Assembly: GCA_014801865.1 (NCBI GenBank)
Contig: JAAVDH010000039.1
Location: 3,657 to 67,656, forward strand
Length of the DNA stretch: 64,000 nt
From: Bacteroides sp.
GTDB lineage: Bacteria; Bacteroidota; Bacteroidia; Bacteroidales; Muribaculaceae
Direction: 5' to 3'
Below the pieces are notes generated by a model, which was not told where the DNA came from, ran no database searches, and worked only from the letters and a program-made list of their open reading frames with translations. Each line of letters starts with the position of its first letter. The first letter of the stretch is position 1. Positions 1-9,773 of this stretch are shown piece after piece. A program made the position numbers and the translations under genes.

Positions 1-290
1 CCTTCCGGTGTAGTGAAAGTGTATTTTATGCCTCCGAAATCTGAACCGCCTACTGAGTATATGGGTAGTGCCGAAGCCTGTATCTGTGCGGCGTCCTGCT
101 CGAGATAGTGCTTCGTTTCGTCCTGTTCGAGATTAGTGCTTACGGCGTAGAGACTACGTTGCACACCTTCTACGAACTGGTCGTCGCGCATCCTGACCAT
201 GTTCTTCATGTACATTATCTGTACATAAAGCAGTCCGGCAAATGTCAGAGCCATTATGATGGTAAGAAACCAAATGATAGACTTTTTCAT
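1..290 (-). CDS. rprX: Sensor histidine kinase RprX-like, N-terminal part (runs off the window start)
   Basis: Not in the ORF track. Manual translation from ATG at 290 gives MKKSIIWFLTIIMALTFAGLLYVQIMYMKNMVRMRDDQFVEGVQRSLYAVS..., open to base 1. The N-terminal TM helix and sequence resemble Bacteroides RprX as I recall it. Confidence 0.75.
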   Translation of the reverse strand, partial: MKKSIIWFLTIIMALTFAGLLYVQIMYMKNMVRMRDDQFVEGVQRSLYAVSTNLEQDETKHYLEQDAAQIQASALPIYSVGGSDFGGIKYTFTTPE

Positions 291-513
291 TTCTTATATC
301 GTGTCTCCGCCGAGGCGGTAGGTGATTTAGGGAAAATTATAATTTATTATGTTAACACCCGATCCCTGCCTATTGTTTTGACTGAACCATACGTATTGTT
401 GAGCCGTGAGTTTTGATACTCGAGAGGAGGAGATTGCCTCGTTAACATTTGGCGTCAAAATTAACAAATAAATGTGAAACGACCAACCCGTTGTATGGTT
501 GTTTCATTATTCT

Positions 514-521
514 TAACTTTG
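514..521 (+). promoter_or_regulatory. Bacteroidota sigma-A -7 element (TAACTTTG) for the helicase gene
   Basis: Exact TAnnTTTG match 27 nt upstream of ATG 548. Confidence 0.65.
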
Positions 522-547
522 CATATACTACAAATCTTTTTTTTACG

Positions 548-1972
548 ATGGATACCCGTGAATTTGCCGAAAGAATTCTGCTGAATCTGCCTTATGACCC
601 TAATCATCAGCAGATAGAGCTTATCGCTGCGCTTGCACGATTTTGCTCGGCCGATACGCCTGACGACAGTGTGTTTCTGTTGGCAGGCTATGCCGGTACG
701 GGTAAGACATCGCTTATCGGGGCGCTTGTCAAGGCTCTGCGTGAGGCGCAGATTCAGTCCGTGCTGTTGGCGCCCACGGGGCGTGCGGCCAAGGTGTTCT
801 CCTCTTTCGCTTCTCAGGCCGCGTCTACGATTCACCGCCGTATCTATCATTCTTCCGAGCCGGGGGTGATGAACTATGCGGGCGATGTGAGCGACAATCC
901 GTTTCGCAATGCGGTGTTTATCGTTGACGAGGCATCTATGATTGGCGACACCCCTTCGGGCGATAATTCTTCTGGGCTGCTTGAAGACCTTATACAATAT
1001 GTATATTCGGGCGAACGCTGCCGGCTGATACTTCTGGGCGATATAGCGCAGCTTCCCCCCGTGGGATCACAGGAGAGTCCGGCCATGATGGTCAGTCGCC
1101 TTAAGGCCATGGGGCTGCGTGTAACCCGTGCCATCATTACCGAGACTGTGAGGCAAGCGCGCGACTCGGGCATACTCTTTAATGCCACATGGCTACGTCA
1201 GGCCATGCGTAAATCTCCGTTGCCCGAGCCTGAGATTACGGTGAAGGGATTTGATGACGTGTGTGTCATTGACGGGGAGGAGCTGGCCGATTGTATCGCC
1301 GACTCATATCGCGAGGCGGGGATTGACAATACCATCGTGGTCACCCGATCCAATCTGCGTGCCAAACTGTTCAACCTTGCCATACGCACTAATATACTTG
1401 ACCGTGAGGAGGAGCTTACCCGCGATGAGCGTATACTCATTGCTAAGAACAACTACCTGTGGTCATCCAAAGTCAAGGGGCTTGACTTCATAGCCAACGG
1501 TGATATGGCCACCGTAGACCAGATATTCTCCACGGAAGAGCGCTACGGATTTCGTTTTGCCAACGTAAGATTGATATTTCCCTATCGCGACGTTTCGGTA
1601 GAGTGCAAGATAATCCTTGACACCCTTGTGTCCGACTCCCATGCGCTTGACAATGACTCCCTCAATCGTCTGGCCATGTCCTGCCTTCAGGACAACGAGA
1701 AGTTCACCCCCGACATGCCGATGCGACAGCGTATAAAGATGCTCAAATCCGACCCCTATTTTAATGCCCTGCAGGTGAAGTATGCCTATGCCGTAACATG
1801 TCATAAGGCTCAGGGTGGCCAGTGGAGCGACGTGTATGTCGACATGGCCTACATACCCCCCGAGGCACAGGGTCTTGACTTTTATCGTTGGTTATACACC
1901 GCCACTACGCGAGCCACCAAGCGACTTTTTTATGTCAATCCCACAATCAAGGTGATTGGCTCTGACGATTGA
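548..1972 (+). CDS. RecD-like superfamily 1 ATP-dependent helicase (AAA_30/UvrD_C_2 type)
   Basis: Walker A GYAGTGKT, LAPTGRAA, DEASM, GDIAQLPPV, YAVTCHKAQG and YTATTRA motifs. ATG 548 preferred over TTG 449 because the -7 element lies at 514. Confidence 0.85.
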   Translation: MDTREFAERILLNLPYDPNHQQIELIAALARFCSADTPDDSVFLLAGYAGTGKTSLIGALVKALREAQIQSVLLAPTGRAAKVFSSFASQAASTIHRRIYHSSEPGVMNYAGDVSDNPFRNAVFIVDEASMIGDTPSGDNSSGLLEDLIQYVYSGERCRLILLGDIAQLPPVGSQESPAMMVSRLKAMGLRVTRAIITETVRQARDSGILFNATWLRQAMRKSPLPEPEITVKGFDDVCVIDGEELADCIADSYREAGIDNTIVVTRSNLRAKLFNLAIRTNILDREEELTRDERILIAKNNYLWSSKVKGLDFIANGDMATVDQIFSTEERYGFRFANVRLIFPYRDVSVECKIILDTLVSDSHALDNDSLNRLAMSCLQDNEKFTPDMPMRQRIKMLKSDPYFNALQVKYAYAVTCHKAQGGQWSDVYVDMAYIPPEAQGLDFYRWLYTATTRATKRLFYVNPTIKVIGSDD

Positions 1973-2083
1973 CTCGAGGCTATTGGTGTGAGTAGCCGCA
2001 CGTTACGCTTCGTGATGTATATCGCCACTAAAATTATCGTAAAAAATATTGCTCTGAGACTTGCATAATCCAAAAATACCACG

Positions 2084-2091
2084 TAACTTTG
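2084..2091 (+). promoter_or_regulatory. -7 promoter element of tRNA-His
   Basis: TAACTTTG, with TTG at 2061-2063 as a possible -33 element. Confidence 0.7.
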
Positions 2092-2121
2092 CACCGTCAA
2101 TTCAGAGGAACTGACACAAAT

Positions 2122-2196
<75 letters not shown>

Positions 2197-2204
2197 CTCC
2201 GCCA

Positions 2205-2249
2205 AATAGGCTGTGAATCAAAAATGATTCGCAGCCTATTCTTTTTTTC
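2205..2249 (+). terminator. Intrinsic terminator after tRNA-His
   Basis: AATAGGCTGTGAATCA-AAAA-TGATTCGCAGCCTATT followed by CTTTTTTTC. Confidence 0.85.
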
Positions 2250-2513
2250 TTGAGCACACACTATAATATATCCAATCCCCATTGATATCGATTACAGTCA
2301 AATCCATCTCACTCCAATAACAATAGTATGGTTATACTATAAAAGGCTGTTGAGTTTCAATGAATTATTAGCCTTAATTTCAACTGCATCCATCCAAGTC
2401 ATCACACCTGGATTTATAACGCTTGATAACTTTGATGCTCTAATATTTTTCTCCAATTACATCTTTTTCCATTTTTTCTCGTCTCTATAATGTAATCAGA
2501 CTTCATAGATAAT

Positions 2514-3017
2514 ATGGCAAAAACAACTAAGTTCATATTGGAGACACTGAATGCTGAAAAAGAACGACTTTTTCAGTATGCAAGTTATCGCCTGCATGAT
2601 ATCAGAGATGTAGAAGATGTGCTCCAAAACATATATGTTAAGATTCTTGATAATCCATTAAGGTTCAATAGAGTAGATAATAAGCGTGCTTATTTGTACA
2701 GGATTCTGTCCAATGAGTGTACAGATTATTTAAGAAACAATGGTAAAACGGAATTCTTGTATGATCAATCATTAGATACTTTTAGTCTTGATACTCTACA
2801 ACCTGAGAATTTCGAGGAAGAGTTTGCTATGATAAATCGTATTCTTGCGATCTTGCCGCCGGAACAGTCAGAAGTCATCCGGCTTAGACATCATAGTAAT
2901 CTTTCTTTCCAAGAAATTGCAGTAGTGATGGAAATACCTTTATCAACTGCTAAAGCGAGGTATCGCTACGGATTAGAGAAAATACGCGACGGATTAAAAA
3001 AATTGAATCTATTATAA
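2514..3017 (+). CDS. ECF-type RNA polymerase sigma-70 factor
   Basis: 167 aa. Region 2 (EDVLQNIYVKI...AYLYRILSNECTD) and region 4 (LPPEQSEVIRLRH...SFQEIA...STAKARYRYG). Confidence 0.92.
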   Translation: MAKTTKFILETLNAEKERLFQYASYRLHDIRDVEDVLQNIYVKILDNPLRFNRVDNKRAYLYRILSNECTDYLRNNGKTEFLYDQSLDTFSLDTLQPENFEEEFAMINRILAILPPEQSEVIRLRHHSNLSFQEIAVVMEIPLSTAKARYRYGLEKIRDGLKKLNLL

Positions 3018-3026
3018 TTTAAGAAT

Positions 3027-3776
3027 ATGCAATACAACACAAACGACAATCACGATTATGATAAGGTGGCGTCTCTACTTACGCCAAGACATCCGAGAAG
3101 GTGTGAGTTCGCATTCTACGTACCATCCAAAAAAAGAGTGACAGGTAAAATCTTTGCAATCAGCAGTGTCGCGGCTATGATAGCTGTAGTTGTGACAATC
3201 GCAATCAAATCAGTAATGCCTGTCTCAGCTGCTGAAGTGATTAACTCTGCAATTACGGGTCTCACTGATGCGGAGAACATTAGGGTAGAATTTGAATGGC
3301 GTGGTACGAAAAACAACTCAGAAGAAATCTATACTCCTGACTCATTGGGAAACATCGTTAATGGAACTCTTTACATTTTGCGCAAGAATGGCAAAGTAAA
3401 TACACGAATAGACTGGCACGATGTCGAAAATAATTCAATTATATTTAATGGTAGAGATTATATCCATCTAAGAAACAATGAGATAATTGATAAACATCCA
3501 TCATCTTTTGGTGAAGAGCTGATAGATCTTTTCAGTCAGAATTCGCTGTCGAAGAACATAAAAGACAACTCTGTTTTTTCAACAGAAGGGGATTTTATAA
3601 TTGCTGAAAGTCATAAAGGCGACATAACCTTTCATGGGGAGTTCAGGAAGGATAGTAAACGACTGACAAAAGCATCGGTGAGTGTTTCATTGCAGAATGG
3701 GCAGGATTTAAAAATGATGGAGACTACGTCAATCGCAACTAACATAAGTATTACTGAATTGATGTTTATTGAATAA
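3027..3776 (+). CDS. Putative anti-sigma factor (single TM helix plus periplasmic beta-rich, possibly LolA-like domain)
   Basis: Starts 10 nt after the ECF sigma; hydrophobic IFAISSVAAMIAVVVTIAI near the N-terminus. Confidence 0.65.
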   Translation: MQYNTNDNHDYDKVASLLTPRHPRRCEFAFYVPSKKRVTGKIFAISSVAAMIAVVVTIAIKSVMPVSAAEVINSAITGLTDAENIRVEFEWRGTKNNSEEIYTPDSLGNIVNGTLYILRKNGKVNTRIDWHDVENNSIIFNGRDYIHLRNNEIIDKHPSSFGEELIDLFSQNSLSKNIKDNSVFSTEGDFIIAESHKGDITFHGEFRKDSKRLTKASVSVSLQNGQDLKMMETTSIATNISITELMFIE

Positions 3777-3846
3777 ATCTTCTCATAAAAAACCACTCTC
3801 TTAATTATGTAATATTTCGCGTAATTGAATACATAAACCAATTATT

Positions 3847-6750
3847 ATGATTAAACTGACAATTATTAGGCTGGTGTTTATATTCACATCAGTCTTGATA
3901 GCTCACACCGCTTTTTCTGCTCAATCAGCCTCAGACACTAATAAAAAGGTTTTTGATATCGGTGTAAGAGGTGTACTCGATAAAGCAATCGGCACCGAGT
4001 TGTATGGAGCTGATTATAAGCTTGTTGATGCTTTAACAGATTCTGTCATCAAGAGTGGTAAAGCATCTCGTGAGTGGGAAGATCAGGGCCGCATTGTCAA
4101 AACTTCCTCTTTCAAGATTAAGAATATACCATTTCAGGGACATTATAAGTTGATATTATCATCTCCCGGCTATGAAGATAGCTATACCGACATTGACGGG
4201 GCTTCTCTTGATCCCAAGCAATTCGTATTAATTCTTGAAAATATTATCCTTGAAAGGAGGGCTCGTGAGTTGAAAGAAGTTACAGTACAAGCAACCAGAG
4301 TTAAATTCTATAATCGAGGTGACACGTTGGTTTATAATGCCGATGCTTTTGTAATGGCTGAAGGAAGTATGCTTGATGATATCATACGCCAGTTGCCGGG
4401 TGTGGAGCTCAAAGAGAATGGACAGATTCTTGTCAATGGAGAATTTGTTGAGAGCCTTCTCCTTAATGGCAAGGACTTCTTTAAGGGTAAGCACGATTTA
4501 ATGCTAAAAAACCTTGCGGCATATACCGTAAAAAACATAGAGGTCTACGAAAGACAGAAAGACATTGACAAACTGTTTGGCGAAGATTACGGCAAGAAAA
4601 TCCTGACAATGGATGTGAAACTCAAAAAAGAGTACCACCACAATTACATGGGTAATATGGAAGTCGGATATGGCACACAAGACCGTTATCTCGGAAGATT
4701 ATTTGCAATGTGGAATTCCGATCATGCGAGATTGTCGCTGATAGGTAATGTCAACAATATGAACGAGACCAGAAAACCTGGCATGGAACAGACTTTCACT
4801 CCCGACGGCATACCCTCCGGGACTCAAAAGACATATATGGGAGGAGTGGAGTATAATGTCGAAAATAAAAGGTCAGGTTGGCAGATTAATGGGGATGCTG
4901 TTGTGAACCGCACTGTCCTTGACGATGGTTCTCGCACCTATACTACCAATTTCCTTCCTTCGGGAAACACATTTGGACGAGAATTCTCTTCAAAGTTAAA
5001 CAAGGATTTAAGAATCTCAACGAATCATCGGTTAAAAAACATGGGCAAATGGCACTATATTGAGATTAATCCTTCTTTCGATTATGCAAAAGCCGATTAT
5101 TCGAGTGCGCTTGAAAAAGTTGTATTCAACACTGAACTTCAGAACGTGACATCTGAAATGATTCGGAATATTTTCGACGGCTCCCATATATCTGCAGTTG
5201 AGTCAATGTTGAATAGAGAACTTCGGGAACAACTGTATAAAGGCCATAATTCAAACGCCAAATTATGGTCTAATGGTCGTTTCCGACTTAAATCAGGTTT
5301 GATGCAAAGTATCTCGTACCAGGTGTCCGGTAATTATACACGCAGCAGGTATGACGGATTCAACAGTTTCGGCATCAATTTAGGAAACAATGCTGAGTTC
5401 ACACATGTATCCAACAGATATCTGAAAAACCATCCTGACTATAGTTATAATATCAAAGCGGCTGCCGGTTATCAGGTGTATCCTACAAGAAATGTAGCCC
5501 TTGACATATATTATGAATATTCTCACAACGTAAGAAAAGCTACCTCCGATCTCTATAGCCTTGACCAACCAAATGGCGATATAGACAAAAATGAAGTCGG
5601 ATTTCTCCCATCTTATAATGAATACCTTTATACATTTGACTCATCATTAAGTTATATAGACAACCAGACAAACGACTTGCACACATTGTCTCCTAATTTA
5701 CAATGGAGATTCGGAAAGATGGCCATGCGAATAAAAGCTGATGTAAGTGTTGAGCGTCAACGTATAGATTATTTGAGAGACGACAAACACCACATACTCA
5801 GTCGAACAAGTCCGTACCCCGGAAATATGGAATTTGAATTAAGATATCCAATCGGCAAATCGGGAAATTACAAAAGTAATTTTGAATATTCACTCACCCC
5901 AAAATCTCCGAATCTGATGAATATGATTGATATCGTAGATCAACGCGATCCAATGAACATTTTTATTGGTAATTCGGATTTGAAAAATTCAATTGTTCAC
6001 AAATTCAAGTGGAGAATGTATGGACGTAATAATAAAGGAAACATCGAACAGACCTATATGTTGAGTTCAAATATCTATAGGAATCTTCTTTCTGTCGGAT
6101 ATGATTATAACTCAGAAAACGGTATAAAGACTTCATGGATGCAAAACGTAAATGGCAACTGGGATCTTAATGCCATGCAACAATTTCATCTGGATTTCGG
6201 AAACATGAGAAGGTTTTTCTGGGAAAACTCAACATGGCTAACCTATGTATCTTCAGTAGATTTCTTTAGTGAGAATAAGGATAGTTCTTTTAGGAACAAG
6301 GTTAATATTTATGGAGTTGGAGAAGATCTTAAAATTGGCTACAATAACTCCGGAAATAAAGCCGAGGCATTTTTCAAAGGCAACCTTCATCATTACAGTA
6401 GTGATATGTCCGGATTCCACAACTTCAATGCCGGTGACTTCAATTATGGGTTACGGGGAATAGTGAAATTGCCGGCCAATCTACAGATTGCTACTGATTT
6501 CACCATCTATTCGCGAAGAGGATACTCCGATAACCAACTCAATACCAATAATTTTGTGTGGAATGCAAGAATAAGCTATTCTATCCCCAGGGCAGGAATT
6601 ACCCTTATGGCGGATGGCTTCGATATATTGCATAATCTCAGCGATGTATCTTACGGAATCAATGCTCAGGCAAGAACGGAAACTTATTATACCGTCCTAC
6701 CGCGTTACGTCCTGTTTCATATCCGGTGGATATTCAATAAAAAACCCTGA
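3847..6750 (+). CDS. TonB-dependent receptor-like outer-membrane beta-barrel protein
   Basis: Signal peptide, plug-like GDTLVYNADAF...LPGVE...VNG...LLLNGKDFF segment, aromatic-rich C-terminal strand (YVLFHIRWIF). Confidence 0.85.
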   Translation: MIKLTIIRLVFIFTSVLIAHTAFSAQSASDTNKKVFDIGVRGVLDKAIGTELYGADYKLVDALTDSVIKSGKASREWEDQGRIVKTSSFKIKNIPFQGHYKLILSSPGYEDSYTDIDGASLDPKQFVLILENIILERRARELKEVTVQATRVKFYNRGDTLVYNADAFVMAEGSMLDDIIRQLPGVELKENGQILVNGEFVESLLLNGKDFFKGKHDLMLKNLAAYTVKNIEVYERQKDIDKLFGEDYGKKILTMDVKLKKEYHHNYMGNMEVGYGTQDRYLGRLFAMWNSDHARLSLIGNVNNMNETRKPGMEQTFTPDGIPSGTQKTYMGGVEYNVENKRSGWQINGDAVVNRTVLDDGSRTYTTNFLPSGNTFGREFSSKLNKDLRISTNHRLKNMGKWHYIEINPSFDYAKADYSSALEKVVFNTELQNVTSEMIRNIFDGSHISAVESMLNRELREQLYKGHNSNAKLWSNGRFRLKSGLMQSISYQVSGNYTRSRYDGFNSFGINLGNNAEFTHVSNRYLKNHPDYSYNIKAAAGYQVYPTRNVALDIYYEYSHNVRKATSDLYSLDQPNGDIDKNEVGFLPSYNEYLYTFDSSLSYIDNQTNDLHTLSPNLQWRFGKMAMRIKADVSVERQRIDYLRDDKHHILSRTSPYPGNMEFELRYPIGKSGNYKSNFEYSLTPKSPNLMNMIDIVDQRDPMNIFIGNSDLKNSIVHKFKWRMYGRNNKGNIEQTYMLSSNIYRNLLSVGYDYNSENGIKTSWMQNVNGNWDLNAMQQFHLDFGNMRRFFWENSTWLTYVSSVDFFSENKDSSFRNKVNIYGVGEDLKIGYNNSGNKAEAFFKGNLHHYSSDMSGFHNFNAGDFNYGLRGIVKLPANLQIATDFTIYSRRGYSDNQLNTNNFVWNARISYSIPRAGITLMADGFDILHNLSDVSYGINAQARTETYYTVLPRYVLFHIRWIFNKKP

Positions 6751-6763
6751 TATAGCTTGAATG

Positions 6764-6807
6764 TGAATGCCATCGATGAATGCTGATGCTTCTTTCGGTG
6801 GCATTCA
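6764..6807. terminator. Hairpin between the convergent OM-barrel and AlkD genes
   Basis: TGAATGCCATCGA...TCGGTGGCATTCA inverted repeat. Confidence 0.55.
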
Positions 6808-6836
6808 GTTAGTGCGATTGAGTGTTTATAAGTGTG

Positions 6837-7565
6837 TTAGCGGAGAGTGAGGTAGTGGTGGCGGAGGGGGTCGGGGAATTTTTCGATGGCGTAGCGGAGC
6901 ATTGTGCGCGGCATAGTTGTGGCGTAGCGGTCGAGGAAGTCGAGGAGCTGCGTCATACCGCCACGTTTGCCTACTTCGCGGAGCATCCAGCCTGTGGCTT
7001 TGTGGATGAGGTCGTGGGGATGGTGTAGCATCATCTCAGCTATGCGAAAGGTATCGGCGTATATGCCATCGCGAATCAGCATCCAGTTAGTGACTACAGC
7101 CACGCGCTGATGCCACAGCGAGTCATCCATTGCGGCGAATCGGTCAAGGAGTTCTCTCTCTTCGGGATGGTCTATCAGCCACACGCCAAGGATTTTTGGT
7201 GCTACCATGTCAACGAGGTCCCAGTTGTTGCCTCGCGGTATGGATTCAATATAGCAGGCCACGGTGGTATGCATACCCTCCTCGTCTTTCTTTTTCCTGT
7301 AGCGATTGAAGATTTCAATCATAAGAAGGAATCCGGCCAGACGTATCTCATGCCACGGCGATTCGACAAGACGCAGTGTGTCGGCCAGTTCGGCCTCGTG
7401 CCTGTAGCGCTTCACTATTTCCCGTGTCTGCGGGCAGCGAATACCGAGAAAGCGGTCGCCCTCGCCATATTCTCCCGGGCCGCACTTGAAGAAACGCATA
7501 AGATGACGCGCCTGAGCTTCGTCGTCCAGTTCGCGCATCAGTCTCTCTATCTCGTTGTAAATCAT
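6837..7565 (-). CDS. DNA alkylation repair protein (AlkD-like HEAT-repeat glycosylase)
   Basis: RFFKCGPGEYGEGDRFLGI, NNWDLVD, IHKATGWMLREVGK and MPRTMLRYAIEK motifs. Confidence 0.9.
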   Translation of the reverse strand: MIYNEIERLMRELDDEAQARHLMRFFKCGPGEYGEGDRFLGIRCPQTREIVKRYRHEAELADTLRLVESPWHEIRLAGFLLMIEIFNRYRKKKDEEGMHTTVACYIESIPRGNNWDLVDMVAPKILGVWLIDHPEERELLDRFAAMDDSLWHQRVAVVTNWMLIRDGIYADTFRIAEMMLHHPHDLIHKATGWMLREVGKRGGMTQLLDFLDRYATTMPRTMLRYAIEKFPDPLRHHYLTLR

Positions 7566-8077
7566 TGAGCAGCCTTAACAGTGTCTATCAGATTGTTGAT
7601 GGCATCGTCAAGCAGGTCAAGCACAAGCTCGAACCCTTCTGCACCTTCATAATATGGGTCGGGCACATAGTCCACTCTCTTGGGCGTAGAGAAGAAGTCG
7701 GCCATGGCCATCACCTTCAGTTCATGCTCCGGAGTCGGGGCAAGTTGTCGAAGGTCGGCGACATTATTGCCATCCATACCTATTATCAGGTCGAAATCGT
7801 CAAAGTCGGCCTCCGTTACCTTTCGCGCACGGTGGGTCAGGTCATAGCCGCGACGTCGCGCATGGGTAATCATTCTACGGTCAGAGCGTTCACCGGTGTG
7901 ATACCCTATGGTTCCGGCTGAGTCTATCACCCAGTCGGCCGATTCTCCACGCTCTTCGACGGCATACTTCATTATGGCCTCAGCCGCCGGACTGCGGCAT
8001 ATATTGCCGAGGCATACGAAGAGCACCTTTACGGGTTTGGAGGGGAGTGGCGGTAACTTTGCAGTGGAGATTATCAT
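7562..8077 (-). CDS. Low-molecular-weight protein-tyrosine phosphatase
   Basis: P-loop VCLGNICRS and DPYY motif. Confidence 0.95.
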   Translation of the reverse strand: MIISTAKLPPLPSKPVKVLFVCLGNICRSPAAEAIMKYAVEERGESADWVIDSAGTIGYHTGERSDRRMITHARRRGYDLTHRARKVTEADFDDFDLIIGMDGNNVADLRQLAPTPEHELKVMAMADFFSTPKRVDYVPDPYYEGAEGFELVLDLLDDAINNLIDTVKAAQ

Positions 8078-8089
8078 TTGTTCTTACGA

Positions 8090-9670
8090 CTATCTTAAGA
8101 TTTTGTGATACGAACCGTCATTGAGGGTCTCGAGCCCTTTGACATAGATTGGGTTGAGGGAGTTAGCCACACGGAAGTAGGTCGACTGAGTGAAGAGGTC
8201 ACGTCCTATGATAGCCTTGAGAATGGTAGCTATCATGTTGTAGCTCTGCTGATACTCCTCTTCGTTGAACTCCACACCCTCAGAAGTGGCGAAATCCACA
8301 AGCCCCTGCATCATCGGTTCAGTCACCTCAAAGCGATCGATAAACCGGTCTTCGGTCTTATACTCGCTTTTCAGTTCCTTGCGGCGGTCCACTATATAAT
8401 TGTCGGCATATCGGGTCATTATGCCCTTGGCCACGAGACTGTGGTAGTAGGGAGTATACTGCGTGGTGTCAAGTGCAACGAAGCGGTCGGGCATGATACC
8501 ACCACCGCCGTAGACAGGACGCTTAAGGCGCAGGGTGTGGTACAGCAGCGAGTCGGCAAACTGTATGCTGTCGGCATTCATCAGTTCGCCCGACTTGAAG
8601 CGGTCAAGTATATCTTCGCGATAGCTGTCGGGGTCGCCTGAGGTGTATGGCTTCTGTATTGATCGTCCCGAGGGTGTGTAATAGCGCATGGTCGTGAGAC
8701 GTATCATTGATCCGTCGGGCAGAGGGAATGGACGCTGCACGAGGCCTTTGCCGAAAGTGCGACGTCCTACGATGACTCCGCGATCATTATCCTGCAGCGC
8801 ACCCGAGAGAATTTCGCTGGCGGAGGCGGAATACTGGTTGACGAGCACTACCACAGGGATATTGCGCAGCGGGCCATCGGTCTCCGACAGATAATGTTTG
8901 GCAGGCATTCTGACCCCTTCGGTATATACTATCGGGGCACCGTTTTCAAGAAACAGCTCCGAGAGCTGATAGGCGGCTCCGAGGTATCCGCCGCCATTAT
9001 CCTGAAGGTCAAGAATAAGGTCAGTCATACCGGCTTTCACAAGCTTCTGAAGAGCTTCGGCCACCTCTTTGGGTGTGGTCTCGGCAAAGCGCGACACGCG
9101 TATGTAGCCCGTATTGTCATCGGCCATGTATGAGGCATCGACACTATAGATAGGTATATCGTCGCGCACCACGCGAAATTCGAGTGTATCCTTCACGCCC
9201 TTTCTCAGCACCTTGAGATTGGCCACCGAGTTCTTCGGGCCTCTGAGATGGCGTCGTATATCGCTTTGTGTCATCTTCACTCCGGATAGTATCGTGTCAT
9301 TTGACGAGATGATACGGTCACTGGCTACGATACCGCACTTTTCGGACGGGCCGCCGGCAATAGTCTGTATTACGTAGATAGTGTCCTGAAGCTGATTGAA
9401 CTGTATGCCTATGCCGCTGAAGTTGCCGGCCAGGGGTTCGGTAAGCTCCTTGGTTTCAGCGGCATTGGTGTAGGTCGAGTGTGGGTCAAGGGTCTTGAGC
9501 ATGGCGATGATGCCTTCCTCTACCACGTGGTTCATGTCAAGAGTGTCTACATAGTAGTTCTCAATTATCTGTTCGGCAAAACGGATTTTGCGCTGAGGGT
9601 CAAATTGCTGTCCCCAGACGGTGGGGAATACTGAAAGCAGTGTGGCTATAATGCAGTATATTTTCTTCAT
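8090..9670 (-). CDS. S41 family C-terminal processing peptidase with PDZ domain
   Basis: LDPHS, FSGIGI, DLQDNGGGYL, SASASEI and TFGKGLVQ motifs; signal peptide. Confidence 0.93.
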   Translation of the reverse strand: MKKIYCIIATLLSVFPTVWGQQFDPQRKIRFAEQIIENYYVDTLDMNHVVEEGIIAMLKTLDPHSTYTNAAETKELTEPLAGNFSGIGIQFNQLQDTIYVIQTIAGGPSEKCGIVASDRIISSNDTILSGVKMTQSDIRRHLRGPKNSVANLKVLRKGVKDTLEFRVVRDDIPIYSVDASYMADDNTGYIRVSRFAETTPKEVAEALQKLVKAGMTDLILDLQDNGGGYLGAAYQLSELFLENGAPIVYTEGVRMPAKHYLSETDGPLRNIPVVVLVNQYSASASEILSGALQDNDRGVIVGRRTFGKGLVQRPFPLPDGSMIRLTTMRYYTPSGRSIQKPYTSGDPDSYREDILDRFKSGELMNADSIQFADSLLYHTLRLKRPVYGGGGIMPDRFVALDTTQYTPYYHSLVAKGIMTRYADNYIVDRRKELKSEYKTEDRFIDRFEVTEPMMQGLVDFATSEGVEFNEEEYQQSYNMIATILKAIIGRDLFTQSTYFRVANSLNPIYVKGLETLNDGSYHKILR

Positions 9671-9773
9671 ACTACAAAGTTATTACCTTTTGGCGTAATT
9701 AATGGAGCGCAGGATGTGAAAAATGAGTAATTTTGTGCTTTAATCTATCACGTTTCTGATCAGAAGAGAGAAT

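Noticed and set aside
108-416. 102-aa plus-strand ORF in the track
   Set aside because: Antisense to the real rprX N-terminus on the minus strand.
449-547. N-terminal extension of the helicase from TTG 449
   Set aside because: It spans the -7 promoter element; ATG 548 is the more plausible start.
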